Assembly (NCBI GenBank): GCA_027448785.1
Contig: DAIDMW010000001.1
Span: 1,668-65,667 of the forward strand
Reading direction: 5' to 3'
Length of the DNA stretch: 64,000 nucleotides
Source of the DNA: Candidatus Colwellbacteria bacterium
GTDB taxonomy: Bacteria > Patescibacteriota > Minisyncoccia > UBA6257 > Colwellbacteraceae
Shown: piece after piece, positions 9,112 through 18,007 of the stretch
How positions within the stretch are numbered: position 1 is the first letter of the stretch
Layout of the letters: the number at the start of each line of letters is the position of its first letter
Made by a program: the position numbers and the translations under genes
The notes under the pieces: model-generated
Databases searched by the model: none
What the model was told of the DNA's origin: nothing
The model's input: only the letters and a program-made list of their open reading frames with translations

Positions 9112-10005
9112 ATGAAAACTCTGCTTGATTACTTAAAAGAAGCCGGAGAGAAGAAGGTGGCGGTCGGCCACTTCAACATCTCCGATCTGGTCGCGCTGAA
9201 AGCGATCTTCAGTGCCGCTAAGGAGCTAAACGTTCCCATAATGATCGGAACGTCCGAAGGCGAGCGCGATTTTATCGGCGAGCGCCAAGCGGCGGCGCTT
9301 GTTAAAAGCCTGCGCGAAGAGTTCGGTTATCCGATTTTTTTGAACGCCGATCACACCCATTCGCTGGAGAAGGTGAAAATCGCCGCTCAGGCTGGATACG
9401 ACGAGATTTTGTTCGACGGCGGCGCTCTTCCCTTCGAGGAGAACGTCAGACAGACCAGGCAGGCGATCGAGATCGCCAAGTCCATCAACCCCAACGTATA
9501 CATTGAGGGAGAGCTGGGGTACATCGGCTCCTCGTCGGAGATTATTTCCGAGATCCCGACCGGAGCCGCGGTGCAAACGCCGCAACTGACCACCAAAGAA
9601 GAAGCGGCGCAGTTCGTCAGCGAAACCAAGGTTGATTTTCTGGCTCCCGCGGTAGGAAATCTGCACGGTATGCTGAAAGACGCTCCCAATCCGCGACTGA
9701 ACATCGAGCGCATCAAAGAGATTAAAGAGGCGGTGGGAATCCCGCTGGTTTTGCACGGTGGGTCGGGAACGGCCGACGAGGATTTCTTGGCCGCGATCGA
9801 TGCCGGAGTGAATGTGATACACATCAACACCGAGATCCGGCTGGCCTGGCGGAAGGGCATTGAGGCTGGACTGAAAGCCAATCCGGATGAGATAGCTCCC
9901 TACAAGATTTTTCCGCCGGCTCTGGAGACGGTGCGGGCCGCCGTTTCCGCTCGGTTGAAATTGTTCAATAAACTTGTTACACTTCCCTCTGCTAATAATC
10001 AGTAA
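9112..10005 (+). CDS. fba: class II fructose-bisphosphate aldolase family protein
   Basis: MKTLLDYLKEAGEKKVAVGHFNISDL N-terminus and overall class II FBA/tagatose-bisP aldolase pattern (LHGGSG). Confidence 0.75.
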   Translation: MKTLLDYLKEAGEKKVAVGHFNISDLVALKAIFSAAKELNVPIMIGTSEGERDFIGERQAAALVKSLREEFGYPIFLNADHTHSLEKVKIAAQAGYDEILFDGGALPFEENVRQTRQAIEIAKSINPNVYIEGELGYIGSSSEIISEIPTGAAVQTPQLTTKEEAAQFVSETKVDFLAPAVGNLHGMLKDAPNPRLNIERIKEIKEAVGIPLVLHGGSGTADEDFLAAIDAGVNVIHINTEIRLAWRKGIEAGLKANPDEIAPYKIFPPALETVRAAVSARLKLFNKLVTLPSANNQ

Positions 10006-10041
10006 TAAAAAGCCGCCGCGGCGGCATAAATTCTAATTACC

Positions 10042-10695
10042 ATGGAACTGAAAGCCCAAAAAAGAGAAGTGTTAGGAAAGAAGGTCGGCGCCCTGCGCCG
10101 CGAAGGATTGATTCCGGCCGAGCTTTACGGCCACGGAGTCGAGAATGTTCACCTGGCGGTGGCTGCCAAGGATTTTGGCAAAGTTTACGCTGAAGCCGGA
10201 GAAAACACGGTGGTCAATTTAAGCTTCAACGGCGCTCCTCGCATGGTTATGATCCACGGGGTGCAGACCGATCCGGTAAAATCCCAGGTCATCTCGGTGG
10301 ATTTTCACGAGGTTAAAATGGACGAGGCGATAACCGCCGCTGTTCCTTTGGAATTCGTGGGAGAATCGCCGGCTGTCAAAGACCTCGGAGGCGTCCTGGT
10401 TAAGGCTATGGACGAAATAGAGGTCGAGGCTTTCCCGCAGGATATCCCTTCGGAAATAATCATCGATCTTTCCAAGCTGACCAACCTCGGCGACAGCGTC
10501 TACGTGAAGGATTTGCCGACCGGCGCCAAGTACGAGTACAAAGTCGATCCTACCACCGTGGTTGTAACCGTTTCCGAGCCGGCCGAGGAAGAAGTTTCGG
10601 CCGCGGAGATCACTCCGGAATCGGTAATCGTGGAGGGAGAGGAGAAGAGGGCTCAGCGTGAGGCTAACGCGCAAAACGAGGGTAATGAGGCCTAA
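10042..10695 (+). CDS. rplY: 50S ribosomal protein L25/general stress protein Ctc
   Basis: N-terminal LKAQKREVLGKKVGALRREGLIPAELYG is characteristic of L25/Ctc. Acidic C-terminal tail. Confidence 0.8.
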   Translation: MELKAQKREVLGKKVGALRREGLIPAELYGHGVENVHLAVAAKDFGKVYAEAGENTVVNLSFNGAPRMVMIHGVQTDPVKSQVISVDFHEVKMDEAITAAVPLEFVGESPAVKDLGGVLVKAMDEIEVEAFPQDIPSEIIIDLSKLTNLGDSVYVKDLPTGAKYEYKVDPTTVVVTVSEPAEEEVSAAEITPESVIVEGEEKRAQREANAQNEGNEA

Positions 10696-12121
10696 GCCGA
10701 AAATACTTTTAGACATCAAAAAGAGCGTTCAGGACGATGTCTTCGCTTCCAGAACCAAAAGAATAAATCTTAGTTTCGCGGAGAAGCGAGGGCGCGCCGT
10801 TTTCCGCTATGTATCCATACCGGCGATATTTTTTATCGCCGTTTTCCTTTTGGGCTCGGTCCTCGCCCCGATCAACGAAGGCTCCCACGCCCAGACTTTG
10901 AGCTCAACGGCACAGCAGCAGCAGGATTTGGAAAACCAGCTTCAAGCTCTAGAAAACCAAATTACCCAGTACCAAAACCAGATCGCCGTTTACCAGAAGC
11001 AGGGTAGTACTTTGCAGGGGGCGATCAACGAGCTGAATGCTAAGATCGCGAAAATAAACCTGCAGATCCGGGCGGTCAACCTTTCGATCCAGCAGTTGGA
11101 CGGGCAGATCGTTGTCACCAATTCCAAGATCGGCACGCTGCAGCAGAACGTCAGCACGACCCAGGATTTCCTGAGCGCCACCTTGGAAAAGATCTATGAA
11201 ACCGACAGCCAGGGATTTTTAGTTGTTTTATTGCAAAACCCGCGCCTCTCCGATTTTTTCAACAACGTTAACAACCTGATGGCTCTGCAAGGCGGATTGA
11301 AGACCTCGGTCGATACGCTCACAGGCCTGATTACCGAGTTGGTCGGGCAAAAAAACCAGCTGGCGATCGAGCGTTCAGACGCGGTCACCTTGCGCGACTA
11401 CCAGAACTCGCAGAAGCAGAGCGTCCTGGCGACCAAGCAACAGAAGGCCACGCTTTTAGCCGACACCAAGGGCCAGGAGTCGGCCTATCAGTCCCTGCTA
11501 ACTAAGACGCAAAAGACAGCCGCGCAGATCCGCGCCCAGATCTTCCAGCTCTTGGGCGGCGGCCAGCTAACCTTCGGCACCGCCTACCAATACGCGAAGT
11601 TTGCGGGCCAAGCTACCGGCGTCGATCCAGCTTTGATCTTGGCCATCCTGGACCGCGAATCGGCTCTGGGCCAGAATGTAGGACAGTGCAGCTACCAATC
11701 AGCAATGTCGCCGAAGCAGGCTCCGGTCTTTCTGCAGATCGTGCAGAGTTTGAATTTAGGGAACGAGCTGCAGAACGGGATCCTCAAAGTTTCGTGCCCG
11801 AACAGCGACGGAATATACGGAGGCGCGATGGGGCCGGCGCAGTTCCTGCCTATCACTTGGGAGGATTACGCGAGAGAGATAACCCAGATAACCGGCGACA
11901 ATCCGCCTAACCCGTGGAGCAACTCTGACGCGTTCGTCGCTACCGCCCTTTACCTGCGCGACGCAGGCGCAACGACCAATCCGCGCGAAGCGGCTGCCAG
12001 ATATTACTGCGGATCGAACTGGAACCGGTTTGTCTGCTTGGACGTTTACGGCGCCAACGTCATCGACCAGGCGCAGCAGTTCACGCAGGATATCGCGATA
12101 CTTAACGGGAACGGAAGCTAG
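10685..12121 (+). CDS. membrane-anchored coiled-coil protein with C-terminal lytic transglycosylase (SLT)-like domain
   Basis: N-terminal TM segment, a long Q/L-rich heptad region, then GVDPALILAILDRESALGQN (E-S catalytic motif of SLT). Start ambiguous between GTG 10658 and ATG 10685. Confidence 0.5.
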   Translation: MRPKPKILLDIKKSVQDDVFASRTKRINLSFAEKRGRAVFRYVSIPAIFFIAVFLLGSVLAPINEGSHAQTLSSTAQQQQDLENQLQALENQITQYQNQIAVYQKQGSTLQGAINELNAKIAKINLQIRAVNLSIQQLDGQIVVTNSKIGTLQQNVSTTQDFLSATLEKIYETDSQGFLVVLLQNPRLSDFFNNVNNLMALQGGLKTSVDTLTGLITELVGQKNQLAIERSDAVTLRDYQNSQKQSVLATKQQKATLLADTKGQESAYQSLLTKTQKTAAQIRAQIFQLLGGGQLTFGTAYQYAKFAGQATGVDPALILAILDRESALGQNVGQCSYQSAMSPKQAPVFLQIVQSLNLGNELQNGILKVSCPNSDGIYGGAMGPAQFLPITWEDYAREITQITGDNPPNPWSNSDAFVATALYLRDAGATTNPREAAARYYCGSNWNRFVCLDVYGANVIDQAQQFTQDIAILNGNGS

Positions 12122-12344
12122 AAGCGCAAAAGGCAAAGCGCAAAAGAACGAAAATCCGAAATCCGAAATACTAAATCCGAAACAAATTCGAAATTACAAA
12201 CTTCAAATTACAAACCTGCTTGTGTTTATGATTTCGGATTTGTTATTTGTGATTTGTTTAGTATTTCGATATTAGGATTTTGAGCTTTCGTTATTTTGCA
12301 TTTTGCGCTTTTCGCTTCGCGTTTCTTTGTTTTGCGCTTTTCTT
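12121..12344. repeat. composite palindromic intergenic repeat element E3 (best exemplar)
   Basis: aagcgcaaaaggcaaagcgcaaaag + long AT-rich imperfect hairpin centred on cctgcttgtg + ttttgcattttgcgcttttcgcttcgc. Confidence 0.85.
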
Positions 12345-12372
12345 TTTGAGCCATATATAATGAAGCCAAGCT

Positions 12373-13629
12373 ATGCCTGGATTATTTGGTGACGCAGAAA
12401 GCGGCGAAGTAAAAAAATCCTCTCCTTTAGCTGACCGCATTCGGCCAGAGACGCTGGATGAGTTTCTGGGTCAGGACGAGATTATCGGCCCGGGGACGGT
12501 TTTACGGGGTGCAATCGAGCGCGACGAGATCCCGTCAATGATCCTCTGGGGACCTCCGGGCAGCGGAAAAACCACTTTGGCCAGAATTATCGCCAAGATG
12601 ACCAAGGCTCACTTCGTGCAATTCAGCGCGGTTACCGGAAGCGTAGGCGAGGTGCGCGAGATTATTAAGGTTGCGCGGGAAAGGAAGAAGGTCTACGGGC
12701 AGAAGACGATCCTTTTCGTGGACGAGATACACCGCTTCAACAAAGCGCAGCAGGACGCGTTTTTGCCGCATGTCGAGGACGGCACGATAGTGCTTATCGG
12801 CGCGACGACCGAGAATCCGTCCTTCGAGGTGATTTCCGCGCTCCTCTCGCGCGCCCGCGTTTTCGTGTTGAAGTCTCTCTCCGCATCCGACATCACTAGG
12901 ATAATCAGGCGGGCGCTGGCCGATAAGGAGCGGGGACTGGGAAACGAACCGATAGAGATCGGCGAGGAGACGGTAGATTTTTTGGCGAAGATGGCGGACG
13001 GCGACGCACGCGCCGCCTTAAACGCTCTGGAGCTGGCGGTGCACTCAGCCGGAAAGGAGGGAGAGACGATAGCGATCGACCGCGATCTCATTAAGCAGTC
13101 GTTGCAGAAGACGCATCTTATGTACGACAAGGGCGGGGAGGAACATTACAACATCATCTCGGCGTTGCATAAGTCGATGCGCGGCAGCGACGCTAACGCC
13201 GCTTTGTATTGGCTGGGCCGGATGCTCGAGGCCGGCGAGGATCCGCTCTATGTGGCGAGAAGACTGATTCGCTTCGCTTCGGAAGACGTTGGCCTGGCTG
13301 ATCCGCAAGCGCTGGTGCAGGCTGTCGCCGCCTACCAGGCGTGCCACTTTAACGGGATGCCGGAGTGCAATGTCAACCTAGCTCAAGCGGTGGCGTATCT
13401 CGCCAAAGCCCCGAAGAGCACCAAGCTAATGTGGGCCTACGAGAAGGTGAAGAAGGATATCGAAGAGCTTCCCAATGAAGGTGTGCCGCTGCATCTGCGA
13501 AACGCGCCGACGCGTCTGATGAAAGAGCTGGGATACGGCAAAGGATATAAATACAACAAAGAGGAGGCGCAGGAATCCGGACAGACTTATCTTCCGGAGA
13601 AGTTGAAGGACAGAAAATACTGGGACTGA
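12373..13629 (+). CDS. rarA: replication-associated recombination protein A (AAA+ ATPase)
   Basis: Walker A GPPGSGKTTLARIIA, Walker B ILFVDEIHRFNK. The C-terminal MgsA/RarA domains terminate with TGA. Confidence 0.85.
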   Translation: MPGLFGDAESGEVKKSSPLADRIRPETLDEFLGQDEIIGPGTVLRGAIERDEIPSMILWGPPGSGKTTLARIIAKMTKAHFVQFSAVTGSVGEVREIIKVARERKKVYGQKTILFVDEIHRFNKAQQDAFLPHVEDGTIVLIGATTENPSFEVISALLSRARVFVLKSLSASDITRIIRRALADKERGLGNEPIEIGEETVDFLAKMADGDARAALNALELAVHSAGKEGETIAIDRDLIKQSLQKTHLMYDKGGEEHYNIISALHKSMRGSDANAALYWLGRMLEAGEDPLYVARRLIRFASEDVGLADPQALVQAVAAYQACHFNGMPECNVNLAQAVAYLAKAPKSTKLMWAYEKVKKDIEELPNEGVPLHLRNAPTRLMKELGYGKGYKYNKEEAQESGQTYLPEKLKDRKYWD

Positions 13630-13631
13630 AT

Positions 13632-13790
13632 AGCGCAAAACCAAAAGCTAAAAGCTAAAAACAGCGGCCACTAAAAAAGCGCAAAACTAAAAGCGCAAAG
13701 CTTAAAAGATCCGACGACTAACGACCTGCTGTTATTTTACGCTTTTCTCTTTACACTCGCCTTGTAGTTGTTTTTCGCTTTGCGCTTCTT
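13632..13790. repeat. intergenic repeat element E4 (contains gatccgacgactaacgacc core)
   Basis: gcgcaaaactaaaagcgcaaagc...gatccgacgactaacgacc...ttttcgctttgcgc. Confidence 0.8.
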
Positions 13791-13821
13791 TTTGCTCTCT
13801 TGTATATTGGAATTGTAAATT

Positions 13822-14562
13822 ATGGAGGATCGGAAAGACATAACACAGATAAAGCCTAATAAAGGGAAGGAGATTAACATCGACGTTAGCGGAGCGACTT
13901 ATGCCCGCTACCCCATTAAAACGCCGCTAATTAACCCGGGGGACAGCTTGGAAAAACTGATCGACGAATTACTCAGACCCTATCTCGAGCCTGGGGACGT
14001 GATCTTCATCAGCGAGAAGGTCGTAGCCGTCACGCAGAACAGGATTATTCCGATAAAGGAGGTAAAGCCGTCGTGGCTAGCCAGAATTCTGGCGCGCAAC
14101 GTGAAGAATAATTGGGGCACCAAAGACTTCCGCGGATTCGGGCACGGGACGCCGATGGCGATGGAGCTCTTTATCCGCGAGGCCGGCGTGCCGCGGGTGA
14201 TATTTGCGGCCGGCATCTCGGCTGTTACCAGGCCTTTTGGCATCAAGGGCGCTTTCTACGCTCTCAGCGGCAAAAACGCCAAATCGGTCGACTGTCCGAT
14301 GTCCTTCATCCTTTACCCCTATACTCAATACGCCAAACTAGCGCCTTTGAACCCGAACCGGGTGGCGGAAGAGCTGAAGAAGAAGTTCGGACACGAGGTG
14401 GTGGTGGTGGATGCCAACTACCGCGGGGTTTATTCCTTGGGGAAATCGACAAAGAAATTGACGGAGAGGTTCATTCACGACGTCTTCCGCGACAATCCGC
14501 TTGGGCAATCGGACGAGCAGACGCCACTTTGCATAGTTAGAAAAGCGCAAAATTCAAAGTAA
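13822..14562 (+). CDS. CofE-like (F420-0:gamma-glutamyl ligase family) protein
   Basis: ~246 aa with GDVIFISEKVVAVTQNRII resembling the CofE/F420-ligase fold. Assignment is from memory of the family pattern. Confidence 0.4.
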   Translation: MEDRKDITQIKPNKGKEINIDVSGATYARYPIKTPLINPGDSLEKLIDELLRPYLEPGDVIFISEKVVAVTQNRIIPIKEVKPSWLARILARNVKNNWGTKDFRGFGHGTPMAMELFIREAGVPRVIFAAGISAVTRPFGIKGAFYALSGKNAKSVDCPMSFILYPYTQYAKLAPLNPNRVAEELKKKFGHEVVVVDANYRGVYSLGKSTKKLTERFIHDVFRDNPLGQSDEQTPLCIVRKAQNSK

Positions 14563-14692
14563 CGAAATTCCAAATCCTAAATCAGAAATTCGAAACAAAT
14601 TTAAAAGCGCAAAGAGAAAAGCGTAAAATAACGGTAGGTCGTTAGTCGTCGGATCTTTTAAGCTTTGCGCTTTTAGTTTTGCGCTTTAAACT
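14541..14692. repeat. intergenic repeat element E5, inverted copy of E4 (core ggtcgttagtcgtcggatc)
   Basis: Reverse complement of the E4 core and arms. Overlaps the last codons of the CofE-like gene and of prfA. Confidence 0.8.
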
Positions 14693-15395
14693 CCTTAACT
14701 ATCGGATCCATGTCCCCGCCCATAATTTTTTCGATATGGTGCCACTTCTTGTTGATGCGATGATCGGTGATCCGGTCTTGGGGGAAGTTGTAAGTGCGGA
14801 TTTTCTCCGACCTCTCGGCTGAGCCGATCTGCTCACGGCGCAAGCCGGTCATCTTACTCTCCTCCATCTCTTTTTGCGCCTCGTATAGTTTGGAGCGCAG
14901 GATGGATAGTGCCTGCTCTTTGTTGGCGGACTGGGAGCGCTCGGTTTGGGAGGAGACGACCACGCCGGTCGGCTTATGGATGATTCTGACCGCGGTTTCA
15001 ACCTTGTTGACGTTCTGTCCGCCGGGGCCAGAGGAGCGGAAGAATTCGATCTGCAGGTCGTTGGGGTTAACGTCGAACTCTCGCGGCTCGACGACCGGCA
15101 TTACCGCGACCGACGCAGTCGAGGTGTGCACTCGGCCGGCCTTTTCGGTTTCGGGTATGCGCTGGACGCGATGAACTCCGGCTTCTTGTTTCAAGTCGGA
15201 ATAGGCGCCATCGCCTTCGATTCTCCCGACGAGGGTCTTATAGCCGTTGAGACTAGTCTGGTTCATATCTAAAACCACAAACTTCCAACCGCGCCGCGCC
15301 GCGTACCTTTCATACATCCTGGCCAGGTCGCCGGCAAAAATAGCAGCCTCGTCTCCGCCGGCTCCGGCTCTTATTTCTAATATGGCTTTCTCCAT
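14673..15395 (-). CDS. prfA: peptide chain release factor 1-like, lacking N-terminal domain 1
   Basis: GGQ motif (RSSGPGGQNVNKV) and a PET tripeptide at the RF1 PxT position (RIPETEKAGRVHTS). Aligns to E. coli RF1 from about residue 110 onward. No upstream ORF or space for domain 1. Confidence 0.8.
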   Translation of the reverse strand: MEKAILEIRAGAGGDEAAIFAGDLARMYERYAARRGWKFVVLDMNQTSLNGYKTLVGRIEGDGAYSDLKQEAGVHRVQRIPETEKAGRVHTSTASVAVMPVVEPREFDVNPNDLQIEFFRSSGPGGQNVNKVETAVRIIHKPTGVVVSSQTERSQSANKEQALSILRSKLYEAQKEMEESKMTGLRREQIGSAERSEKIRTYNFPQDRITDHRINKKWHHIEKIMGGDMDPIVKEFKAQN

Positions 15396-15507
15396 TGTCT
15401 AAATAAATTAAAGCGCAAAGCTAAAAGCGCAAAACTTACGACATTGACCAACTATAGAGGTTGAGTCAACATTGTGTGTTTTAAGTTTTTAGCTTTTACT
15501 TTTGCGC
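15396..15507. repeat. palindromic intergenic repeat element E6
   Basis: aaagcgcaaagctaaaagcgcaaaac...gttgagtcaac...gtttttagcttttacttttgcgc. Confidence 0.75.
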
Positions 15508-15822
15508 TTACTTTTTGTTTGCTCCTTTTTGGGGCTCGTGCAAGCTGCCGCGCATCTTTTTATCCATGCGGTTTGCTTCCACCTTGGTGCGGCGGGCCTT
15601 CGCCTGCTCCGAGCGGGCCTCAGCCTCGCGGACGCGCGACTTAAACTTCTCGATCCGTCCGGCGGTGTCCATCAAGCGTTCCTTTCCGGTGTAGAAGGGG
15701 TGGCAGTGGTCGCAAATTTCGACCGTCATCCTTTCCTGGGTGGAGCCGGCCTTGAAGGTGTGACCGCAGGCGCAACTGACCGTCGCCTCCGGGTAGTATT
15801 TGGGGTGGATATCCTTTTTCAT
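15508..15822 (-). CDS. rpmE: 50S ribosomal protein L31 (Zn-ribbon type) with basic C-terminal extension
   Basis: [10 protein letters not shown] start, CxCG...CxxCHP zinc motif. 104 aa versus ~70 typical. Confidence 0.85.
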   Translation of the reverse strand: MKKDIHPKYYPEATVSCACGHTFKAGSTQERMTVEICDHCHPFYTGKERLMDTAGRIEKFKSRVREAEARSEQAKARRTKVEANRMDKKMRGSLHEPQKGANKK

Positions 15823-15854
15823 AACGGCCTAAGAATAGCATGCAAACTAAGGGA

Positions 15855-15883
15855 TTGACAAGTACGCCGCTTATCCTTACTAT
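15855..15883 (+). promoter_or_regulatory. sigma70-like promoter upstream of 16S (TTGACA-17 nt-TACTAT)
   Basis: ttgaca agtacgccgcttatcct tactat read directly, ~75 nt upstream of the 16S 5' end. Confidence 0.5.
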
Positions 15884-15959
15884 ATTTTAGGTCATAAGAC
15901 ATGACTGCTCTTTTGTAAGTTAATAGTAAATGTAGAAACTTTTTAGTTGTTCCAGTCTA

Positions 15960-17536
15960 TTTTTGAGGATTTGATCCTGGTCCAGGATGAACGCTGGCGG
16001 CGTGGATAAGGCATGCAAGTCGAGCGAACCAAATCTTGATGAGATTCGCGGAGTAGCAATACGAAGCGGAAGGAATCTTGGCGAGGTTAGCGGCGAACGA
16101 GTTAGTAATACCTTGGTACGTACCCCGAAGACGGGCATAGTTCGCCGAAAGGCGAAGTAATTCCCGATAGTCCCCGAGAGCAATCAACGGGTAAAGGCGC
16201 AAGCCGCTTTGGGATCGGCCTAGGTCCGATCAGCTAGTTGGTGAGGTAACGGCCCACCAAGGCTATGACCGGTAGGGAGGGTGAGAGCCTGATTCCCAAC
16301 GAGGGCACTGAGACACGGGCCCTACTCCTACGGGAGGCAGCAGTCGAGAATATTCGACAATGGGCGAAAGCCTGATCGAGCGACGCCGCGTGCAGGAAGA
16401 AGTCCTTCGGGATGTAAACTGCTTTTCTACGGGAGAAAGTTCCGGCGCAAGTCGGAATTGATAGTACCGTAGGAATAAGAGGTGGCTAACTTCGTGCCAG
16501 CAGCAGCGGTAATACGAAGGCCTCGAGCGTTATCCGGATTTACTGGGCGTAAAGGGTGCGTAGGGGGCTGGATGCGTCTCTCGTAAAATCTCACCGCTTA
16601 ACGGTGATATCGCGAGGGATACGATCCGGCTAGAAGGTGCGAGAGGTTTGCGGAACGCATGGTGTAGGGGTAATATCCGTTGATATCATGCGGAACACCG
16701 AAGGCGAAGGCAGCAAACTGGCGCATTCTTGACCCTGAGGCACGAAAGCGTGGGGAGCAAAAAGGATTAGATACCCTTGTAGTCCACGCCCTAAACGATG
16801 TTGATTAGCCGTTTTGAGTATCGACCCTCGGAGCGGCGTAGCTAACGCGTTAAATCAACCGCCTGGGAAGTACGAGCGCAAGCTTAAAACTCAAAGGAAT
16901 AGACGGGGACTCGCACAAGCGGAGGAGCATGAGGTTTAATTCGATGGTAAACGAGAAACCTTACCAGGGCTTGAAATGCTAGCGGAAATCCACCAGAAAT
17001 GGAGGATGTCTCTCAAGGACCGCTAGTCCAGGTGCTGCACGGTTGTCGTCAGCTCGTGTCATGAGATGTTCCCTTAAGTGGGGTAACGAGCGCAACCCTT
17101 GTCCCGTGTTACAAGTGTCACGGGAGACCGCCCCCACATTTGTTTTGGAGCCGAGTAATCGGTTCGAAGATAAATGTGGGGGAGGAAGGAGAGGATGACG
17201 TCAAATCAGCGTGGCCTTCTGATGCCCTGGGCGACACTCATGCTGCAATGGCCGGTACAAAGGGTTGCCAAGCCGCAAGGTGGAGCTAATCCCAAAAAGC
17301 CGGCCCCAGTTCGGATTGTGGGCTGCAACCCGCCCGCATGAAGTTGGATTCGCTAGTAATCGTGGATCAGCAGGCCACGGTGAATACGTTCTCGAGTCTT
17401 GTACTCACCGCCCGTCAAGTCAAGGGAGCCGGGAAAGCCTGAAGTGCGCTTCGCGCGTATCAGGGCTGGCTCGGTGACATGGGCTAAGTCGTAACAAGGC
17501 ACGTGTAGCGGAAGCTGTGCGTGGAACAATTAAACT
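15960..17536 (+). rRNA. rrs: 16S ribosomal RNA (divergent; no linked 23S/5S within 0.5 kb)
   Basis: 5' TTTGATCCTGG...GATGAACGCTGGCGGCGTG, 515 region GTGCCAGCAGCAGCGGTAATAC, GGATTAGATACCCTTGTAGTCC, GCATGGTTGTCGTCAGCTCGTG-like, and 3' AAGTCGTAACAAGG. The 3' boundary is uncertain because no GGATCACCTCCTT is present. Confidence 0.9.
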
Positions 17537-17680
17537 TTTAAGAATCGACCATTCCGTAGTTCGCCTTAGGCGAGCGAAGGATGGAAATGGTGTTGATCGA
17601 GGAGCCAATTGTCTCGATCGCCCAATCGTGCTTCGGCACGGTCGGGCTCTAGACTGGGACAACTAAAAGGCCTCTACAGA

Positions 17681-17932
17681 AGCGCAAAGCGAAAAACGCA
17701 AAACTCAAAATAATTGACGGTTAACAGACTGCCGTTGTTTTTCGCTTTTAGCTTTTAGTTTTGCGCTAAATTCGAAGCTCTAAATCCTAAATTCTAAATA
17801 AATCACAAATCCTAAATTCCAAACACAAACGGGTTTGTGATTTGATGTTTGGTATTTCGAATTTGTTTCAGATTTAGTATTTCAGATTTAGAATTTTCGT
17901 TATTTTTCGCTTTTAGCTTTTAGTTTTTAATT
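17681..17932. repeat. composite palindromic intergenic repeat element E7 (downstream of 16S)
   Basis: agaagcgcaaagcgaaaaacgcaaaac...ttttcgcttttagcttttagttttgcgc + AT-rich hairpin centred on caaacgggtttgtg + ttttcgcttttagcttttag. Confidence 0.8.
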
Positions 17933-18007
17933 TTATTGACCGTCCTGCATGTTGGGTATATTCTTTAGACATACCCGCAAGGGAGCGAATATCCATATTT
18001 ATAGAAA

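Noticed and set aside
10011-10024. GCCGCCGCGGCGGC palindrome after fba as an intrinsic terminator
   Set aside because: The stem is self-palindromic with essentially no loop and no U-tract. It is kept only as a possible weak structural element.
12030-12275. ORFs translated from repeat elements (for example 12030..12275, 6063..6338, 24501..24728)
   Set aside because: They are low-complexity translations of the palindromic repeat modules on either strand, with no independent support.
13626-13629. Alternative genetic code with UGA recoded (as in some CPR lineages)
   Set aside because: TGA terminates rarA (TGG GAC TGA) and rnhB at positions consistent with ortholog lengths. Most genes end in TAA. 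Code 11 fits.
14673-15507. Possibility that the short release factor is prfB with a programmed +1 frameshift supplying domain 1
   Set aside because: Only 110 nt separate its ATG from rpmE and contain no ORF or CUU-UGA-C slippery site. The PET/PxT tripeptide and alignment indicate RF1, not RF2.
17133-17182. Intron or homing-endonuclease insertion in the 16S
   Set aside because: Total length is ~1.57 kb. The only extra sequence is a ~50-nt self-complementary helix expansion, with no ORF or group I/II intron signatures.
15920-17662. Several 60-90-codon ORFs in the track (15920..16183, 15957..16202, 17265..17477, 17420..17662)
   Set aside because: They lie entirely inside the 16S rRNA gene and are not coding.
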